Source: Nitrospirota bacterium (GTDB taxonomy: Bacteria > Nitrospirota > Nitrospiria > Nitrospirales > Nitrospiraceae). From it: DNA of 64,000 nucleotides. The stretch lies in contig CAVPGK010000012.1 in NCBI GenBank assembly GCA_963703955.1, positions 128,001 to 192,000 of the forward strand, written 5' to 3'. Both the position numbers and the translations under genes were made by a program. The notes under the pieces were generated by a model. The model saw only the letters and a list, made by a program, of their open reading frames with translations, was not told the origin of the DNA and searched no databases. Position 1 is the stretch's first letter; each line of letters begins with the position of its first letter. This document shows positions 59,005 to 64,000 of this stretch, piece by piece.

Positions 59005-59769
59005 CTAGAAATCCCGACGGTGGAAAATGATACATGCGGTTGTCAGTAATAGAGCCGCATACAAGAGTCCGTAAGCGGTCGCGGCTGCCTGATACGACAA
59101 TGTGATGGTCGTCCCGGAGGCTGCCTGCCCTTTCATATTAAGGACTTCGAGGTTCGGGCAGATGTAGTATAAACTCGAGACGATTGCCTTCATTGTCTCG
59201 CTATGGCTCTTTTCCGCAATACCCTTGAGGTCTGTAGTGAGGTGTCCGATGAGGTACAACCCAAGTGTCATGATGGCGCTCAGGGTCGATGAACTGAAAG
59301 TTGAGAAGAGCAACGCGAGCGCGGTAACCAGGAGCAACTCCACAAAGATCAGTCCGACAGCCTGAAATAGTGCTATATGAATAGGAGCGCCACTCATCCA
59401 AAGGGTCACGAGGAATACCGTGAGCATGATCAAGATATTGATTAAGAGGGTCAGGACGAGTCCCAGGTACTTGCCCAGCACAAATTGGGTTCTACTGATA
59501 GGGCGAGCCATAATCGTGTAGATCGTACGCCTTTCAATCTCCTTACTCACAAGTCCAATCCCGACGAAGATGGCAATGATCACTCCAATCAGATTGGTCG
59601 CCGCCAAACCCATATCTGTGACGATTTTCTTTTGCTCGGCGATCGTGAGACCCCCCAGCACCACTGACGCGCCGATCAGCAGTAACGCGAAGAACAAGAG
59701 GTTGTAGAGAATCTTATCCCGCAGGTTCTCCCGGAACGTATTGAATGCGATGACGACGATACTGTTCAC
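59005..59769 (-). CDS. ABC transporter permease (PilI-like)
   Basis: IA.NTFRE..RDK.LY and KEIERRTIY....PISR..F.LGKY; GTG 59769 abuts the ATPase stop. Confidence 0.88.
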   Translation of the reverse strand: MNSIVVIAFNTFRENLRDKILYNLLFFALLLIGASVVLGGLTIAEQKKIVTDMGLAATNLIGVIIAIFVGIGLVSKEIERRTIYTIMARPISRTQFVLGKYLGLVLTLLINILIMLTVFLVTLWMSGAPIHIALFQAVGLIFVELLLVTALALLFSTFSSSTLSAIMTLGLYLIGHLTTDLKGIAEKSHSETMKAIVSSLYYICPNLEVLNMKGQAASGTTITLSYQAAATAYGLLYAALLLTTACIIFHRRDF

Positions 59770-59770
59770 A

Positions 59771-60703
59771 CTATCCCTGTCTGTCTGTCTGTTGAAGGAA
59801 CAGATCTTCAAGCGACCCTTTTTGCGGAACAACCGATACTAAATGCCCACCATTGGCCCGGATGGCGCCTAGGATCTCTTCAAGACGTGTTGAGTCTTGC
59901 AGGACCACCAGACAACGTTGGCCCTGTTGCAAGACTCGGGATGCAGCCTTCTTGATGACCGAGATCTGATTACCTTGGACACCTTCGCACACAACATCGA
60001 CAGATTGTGTATGCCCATTATTGACAAGCTCATCCACACGGCCGGTCGCGAGTAGCCTCCCCTTAACGACGATCCCCACTCGATCGCAGATCATTTCGAC
60101 ATCCGGAATAATATGTGTGCTGAAAAAAACGGTTTTCCCCTTATCTCGCAGACTCAGAATCAGATCGCGGACTTGCTTCCGCCCAATCGGATCCAACCCG
60201 GACATGGGCTCATCAAGAATAACCACCTCAGGATCATGAATGAGCGCTTGCGCTAAACCTATCCGCTGTAACATGCCCTTGGAAAATTTTCTCAGCTGAC
60301 GCGTCCTTGCATCGATCAATCCCACCATTTCAAGGAGAGAGGTGACCCGTTGGTTCACGTCCCCACGGCTCAATCCGGCAAGATGTCCATAAAACTCGAG
60401 AAATTCTTCGGCGGTCAAATAATCGTAAAAATAAGGGGACTCCGGGAGAAAACCAATCTGTCGATGCACATCAACATTGCCGGATGGTACACCCAGCAAC
60501 TCAGCTTTTCCGCTTGTAGCTCGCATAAGGCCAAGCAGAATTTTCAAAGTGGTGGTCTTACCGGCCCCATTCGGCCCAAGAAATCCATAAATCTCTCCAC
60601 GACGGACCGATAGGGACAATCCGGACAGCGCCTGCACCGAAGGCCTGCCCGGCCAGCCTGATTTGAACGTTTTCGTCAACCCTTCAATGGAAATCGCGTC
60701 CAC
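59771..60703 (-). CDS. ABC transporter ATP-binding protein (PilH-like)
   Basis: GPNGAGKTT, FLPESPYFYDYL, FSKGMLQR, ILDEPMSGLDP and STH. Confidence 0.93.
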   Translation of the reverse strand: MDAISIEGLTKTFKSGWPGRPSVQALSGLSLSVRRGEIYGFLGPNGAGKTTTLKILLGLMRATSGKAELLGVPSGNVDVHRQIGFLPESPYFYDYLTAEEFLEFYGHLAGLSRGDVNQRVTSLLEMVGLIDARTRQLRKFSKGMLQRIGLAQALIHDPEVVILDEPMSGLDPIGRKQVRDLILSLRDKGKTVFFSTHIIPDVEMICDRVGIVVKGRLLATGRVDELVNNGHTQSVDVVCEGVQGNQISVIKKAASRVLQQGQRCLVVLQDSTRLEEILGAIRANGGHLVSVVPQKGSLEDLFLQQTDRQG

Positions 60704-60757
60704 AAATCCCCCTGATACGATACCGCAGGAATGATCGAACCGTGCATTCTCGTGGGT

Positions 60758-61639
60758 CTAGTGTTTATAGAGGCGCACGCGTTCACGCAATCCGGTGCTC
60801 ATCACCGTGCCATCAGAAACATTTAGCCTGTACACTCCGCCAAGCGGCTCGTTAGGAATCTGAATAATTATCCCTCCTTTAACGAGATCTTCCAGTCTGC
60901 CCGGAAGTTTTCCAAAGATCGCGTGATAGCGGCGAACCCCTTCTTCCAAAAATCGGATATCCCGCTCTGCAACGATCTCTTTCATCCGCCGTGCAAGCCC
61001 CTCACGGACACGCTCATCCCACACTTGCTGGTAGACTCGTTGAAGGAACTCCAATGACGCTTCAGGATCACCGGCCTCAAGAGTCATCTTTGCAGCGAGA
61101 TGTGGAAGATACTTGGGTGAGCCAGGCAACATCGACGCCATCTGAAAGTACTTCCCGGCTGTCTTCGGATCATGAAGTTCAAAGTAGTGGTCATACCCCA
61201 GTAGAAAAGGAATGATCCAAGCATCAGGATTATGCTGCATGCCTTTTTCTAGGAGCGCGATGCTTTCGCGGGTCTGTTTGGCGGAGACAGCCAATACAGT
61301 CCCTGTCGCCTGGTATGCATAGAGAAACTTCGGATCCAAATCGGTGAGGACATCGGCAGCCCTATAGGCCCACAGGTATCCCTCGCTCGTCTGTTCCCGA
61401 ATTCCAAAGTGCTGAACCACTTTCAACCAGATAAGGTCTGCTGCCATCTGTCGGTAACCTAACACCGCTACCTTGAGGTACTCCCCTCTTGGGAGATACG
61501 AAAGTTCGATCGCTCTTGATGAAGCCGTGCGCTCACGTTCGATGACTGTCAGCATCCCAATGATAGATCCGACCAAAGCGACGATCATGCTTCCAATTGA
61601 CACGAACCTCGTGAAACCAGTCAAGGCATGCAAGTTCAT
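60758..61639 (-). CDS. PilG-like membrane-anchored TPR protein of pilA-linked ABC operons
   Basis: N-terminal TM, LGY....ADL.WL..VQ, LDPKF...Y, LEKG....P..W and P.EP.GG.Y; located between pilA and the ABC genes. Confidence 0.75.
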   Translation of the reverse strand: MNLHALTGFTRFVSIGSMIVALVGSIIGMLTVIERERTASSRAIELSYLPRGEYLKVAVLGYRQMAADLIWLKVVQHFGIREQTSEGYLWAYRAADVLTDLDPKFLYAYQATGTVLAVSAKQTRESIALLEKGMQHNPDAWIIPFLLGYDHYFELHDPKTAGKYFQMASMLPGSPKYLPHLAAKMTLEAGDPEASLEFLQRVYQQVWDERVREGLARRMKEIVAERDIRFLEEGVRRYHAIFGKLPGRLEDLVKGGIIIQIPNEPLGGVYRLNVSDGTVMSTGLRERVRLYKH

Positions 61640-63747
61640 TGCTTGCGCCTTTCCCGTTCCAGCGCGACTGCCAGCGATGAGACATCGGCCGTGAGGAATC
61701 GCGACTCCACGGCATCTTTGCTCCAGCCGTCATATCGACGCTGCCGTTCGAGAATTTCTCGATATTCGTCGTTGGCCTGAGCCAGCCTTCCCGTCTTCAA
61801 GTAGATTGTGGCAAGCCATTCTCGACCTGGCAAGTAATTCGGTTCTAGTTCGATCCCGCGCTTCACATAGGCTTCGGCTGTCTCGCGCTCCCCAAGTTCC
61901 TGATAAATCTTGCCCAATTCGAGAAGGTAAAACGGCGTAAATGGCTCCAATTCAACCGCTCGTTGATAAGCCTTGCTTGCAGCACGTAGCCAAGATAGTC
62001 GTTGCTCGGATATGGCACTTGCTGTCGAATATAGCGGCGACAGTGACGAAGAGAAATTCACATAGACATACCCTAAGAGGGCAAACAGACGTCCATCCAA
62101 AGGATTGAGCTGAATAGCCAACTGGACTTCATCCACCGAGGCCCGCCAACTCTGGAGAGTATGGGTCTGCTGAAAGACTTGGAAATGCGCTGCTGCGAGA
62201 GAGCTGTGGTACAACGCCTTTGCCGAGTCCAATGCGACTGCCGTCTGATAGCTTTTGATGGCTGCTGGAACATTTTGGCTTTCCAGAGCATGAGAGCCAG
62301 CTTCATATGCCGCCCAGGCGACTCCCAACTTGACGACGGTTATTCCCGCAATTCCAACGACACCAATGCCAATCATCAAGACGATGCGTCGGAGTTTCAC
62401 TGGAATCCTAAGTCCCGGTTTCACAACACCTTCAACCAACTGACGCGTCGACAAGACAATACCCACACTGAATATCAATACGATCGCCAGGGCTGGTTCA
62501 TGCAGATTCGAATCCACACCGGCATGAATCAGTACTGCGGCGATGGCACCGCTGACGCCTACCATGAGACCGCGCTGCCACCTCCGTAACCGCTGCCTCA
62601 ATATCCACATCGCATCCCTAGCGACCAAGATCACCCCCAAACAGAATATTGCGAGGCTGGCAACGCCGAGCTCTAGACCCATTTGGAGATATTCGTTATG
62701 CGCCGTCTGGGCAACTTTTCCGTAACGGGTGATCTGGCCCTCAATTGGTAAAGCATGGCGCGGATAGACATATTGAGATAACCCTATTCCGATTCCGAAT
62801 GGATGATGGATTATTTCGTGAACTGAGCTTTGCCAGATCTGCCAACGAGAATAGCTCGCACGGTTTTGTTCGTGCTCAGCCTGGAGCCGTTCCCGAAAGG
62901 GACTCGGTGCCAGAAGGACGAGTGCAATCAGCAAGACACAAACAACAACTCCACCAAATCCATGCCGCACGAGGACGATTAAGGCTGTCGCAGCAAAAAG
63001 AGCCAGGATCGCGCCTCGTGATCCTGTCCAGAGAATGGCTACCATGAAGAATGCCATCATGAGGATAAGTGCTACGAAGCCAACGAAGGAGCGCGAAGTT
63101 TTCTGCCTTTTTTTCCAAGAGTTCTTCCTTATCCCATAGGAAAGATAGCCTAGCAGGATACTCCATGCAGCCACGAGATACCCGGCTAGGAAATTGGGAT
63201 TAAAAAATGTCCCGCTGGGTCGCAAAGTCTTGAGCCATGTTCCTTGAACAATTGCCAGACATGCTTCTAAGAGTCCCATTCCAATGAGAACCGTCATCAA
63301 CGTGGCGATATCATCCCACGCTAATGAAAGAGAGACAAGCACGTAGAGCAATAATGCATAGCTGAAGAGAACGATTAACCACTGAAGGCTCTGATGAAGA
63401 TATGGAGAGCATAGTGTGGACATCAAAACAAGTCCTAGGTAGGCCAATATGGTTAGGCCAATATCAGTCCGAAACCCTCTTGCTAATCCTGTTTGAGTCT
63501 GTATCCACAGAGAGACAACGAAAAGGAAAAGGGTCAAGAGGCGGGTAATCATGACTGCGAGATGAGTTGTTCCGCCTTCGAGGAGTGGTGAGAACACGAG
63601 TAGGGTAATCAGTGAAAGTATGCCTACAAGGTGAGGCTTTGCTTGACAAAAAAGGGAAGAAGACACACCAAGAGCGGATCGGTCTGTGGGAACTACAGCA
63701 TGCCGTAATAAGATTCGATTGATCACATCATCTGATCGCAAACACAA
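61636..63747 (-). CDS. O-antigen ligase (Wzy_C) family protein with C-terminal TPRs; candidate pilin oligosaccharyltransferase
   Basis: Many TM segments, GTFFNPN..AGYL, TGSRG, R..IW, G.G.G and AHNEYLQ...ELG, then TPR helices. The start codon is uncertain. Confidence 0.85.
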   Translation of the reverse strand: MCLRSDDVINRILLRHAVVPTDRSALGVSSSLFCQAKPHLVGILSLITLLVFSPLLEGGTTHLAVMITRLLTLFLFVVSLWIQTQTGLARGFRTDIGLTILAYLGLVLMSTLCSPYLHQSLQWLIVLFSYALLLYVLVSLSLAWDDIATLMTVLIGMGLLEACLAIVQGTWLKTLRPSGTFFNPNFLAGYLVAAWSILLGYLSYGIRKNSWKKRQKTSRSFVGFVALILMMAFFMVAILWTGSRGAILALFAATALIVLVRHGFGGVVVCVLLIALVLLAPSPFRERLQAEHEQNRASYSRWQIWQSSVHEIIHHPFGIGIGLSQYVYPRHALPIEGQITRYGKVAQTAHNEYLQMGLELGVASLAIFCLGVILVARDAMWILRQRLRRWQRGLMVGVSGAIAAVLIHAGVDSNLHEPALAIVLIFSVGIVLSTRQLVEGVVKPGLRIPVKLRRIVLMIGIGVVGIAGITVVKLGVAWAAYEAGSHALESQNVPAAIKSYQTAVALDSAKALYHSSLAAAHFQVFQQTHTLQSWRASVDEVQLAIQLNPLDGRLFALLGYVYVNFSSSLSPLYSTASAISEQRLSWLRAASKAYQRAVELEPFTPFYLLELGKIYQELGERETAEAYVKRGIELEPNYLPGREWLATIYLKTGRLAQANDEYREILERQRRYDGWSKDAVESRFLTADVSSLAVALERERRKQ

Positions 63748-63825
63748 TCTGGAGTAGCGAGATGACCAGTGGGATAGGCTTAACCGGAGTCAAGCATCAG
63801 AACTTAGCCGCGTGGTTGACAGCCC

Positions 63826-63865
63826 AAGAGGGGAGCAGGGATCAAATCCCTACTCCCCTCTTTTT
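63826..63865. terminator. Strong hairpin directly downstream of the pilin gene
   Basis: AAGAGGGGAGCAGGGAT-CAA-ATCCCTACTCCCCTCTT. The T-run is on the + strand, so it is only a weak U-tail for the minus-strand pilin mRNA. Confidence 0.7.
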
Positions 63866-63878
63866 GACAGCACCGGGT

Positions 63879-64000
63879 CTAGCCGGTTACGTCATTGCAA
63901 CCATTCCCTTGAGCCTGAAGACCTGCTTTGATGTCATTGACAGTCCAATGATCGAAGGTCGCATCGCTGTCGAGATTGGCCACAGCGCTTGCCGTAAAGG
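63879..64000 (-). CDS. pilA: C-terminus of a type IV pilin (5' part outside the window)
   Basis: Manual translation FTASAVANLDSDATFDHWTVND...GCNDVTG* shows the F.A.A..NLD.D...D.W...NDV pattern of deltaproteobacterial-type pilins; it sits upstream of PilG/H/I-like genes. Confidence 0.7.
   Translation of the reverse strand, partial: FTASAVANLDSDATFDHWTVNDIKAGLQAQGNGCNDVTG

Overview
Chromosomal 64-kb segment of a GC-rich bacterium. Gene content and style suggest Nitrospirota/Nitrospira, which is an inference. It encodes glutamate synthase (gltB-gltD), a polyprenyl synthase, DUF1015, an orphan sigma54 response regulator, CopA, AsmA, MscS, GH13/GH57/GalT glucan enzymes, AmgK-MurU-like recycling enzymes, a Pal-like lipoprotein, a TtuB/TtuA-like tRNA thiolation pair, DnaJ, ilvD and CBS proteins. 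The last ~14.5 kb is a type IV pilin/pilin-glycosylation operon: pilA 3' end, O-antigen ligase-like gene, PilG/H/I-like genes, nucleotide-sugar dehydrogenase, glycosyltransferases, asnB and a wecA-like gene. At least 10 genes are split by indels, which most likely reflects unpolished long-read assembly. I recognised no rRNA, tRNA, CRISPR array or transposase. Four signals stand out. (1) A modular C-rich repeat family carries a hairpin with a near-invariant CCAAGA loop and co-varying stems; it forms two arrays in divergent promoter regions, and one 42-bp copy sits in frame inside copA. (2) A ~430-nt highly structured candidate ncRNA with its own promoter and terminator lies at 45778-46210 (-) and matches no RNA family I recognise. 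(3) The TtuB-like sulfur carrier has its GG motif masked by a 24-aa tail. (4) A shared uncharacterised helical N-terminal domain is fused to a degenerate restriction-nuclease-like domain in one protein and to CBS domains in another. All family calls come from motif recognition by eye; no searches were run.
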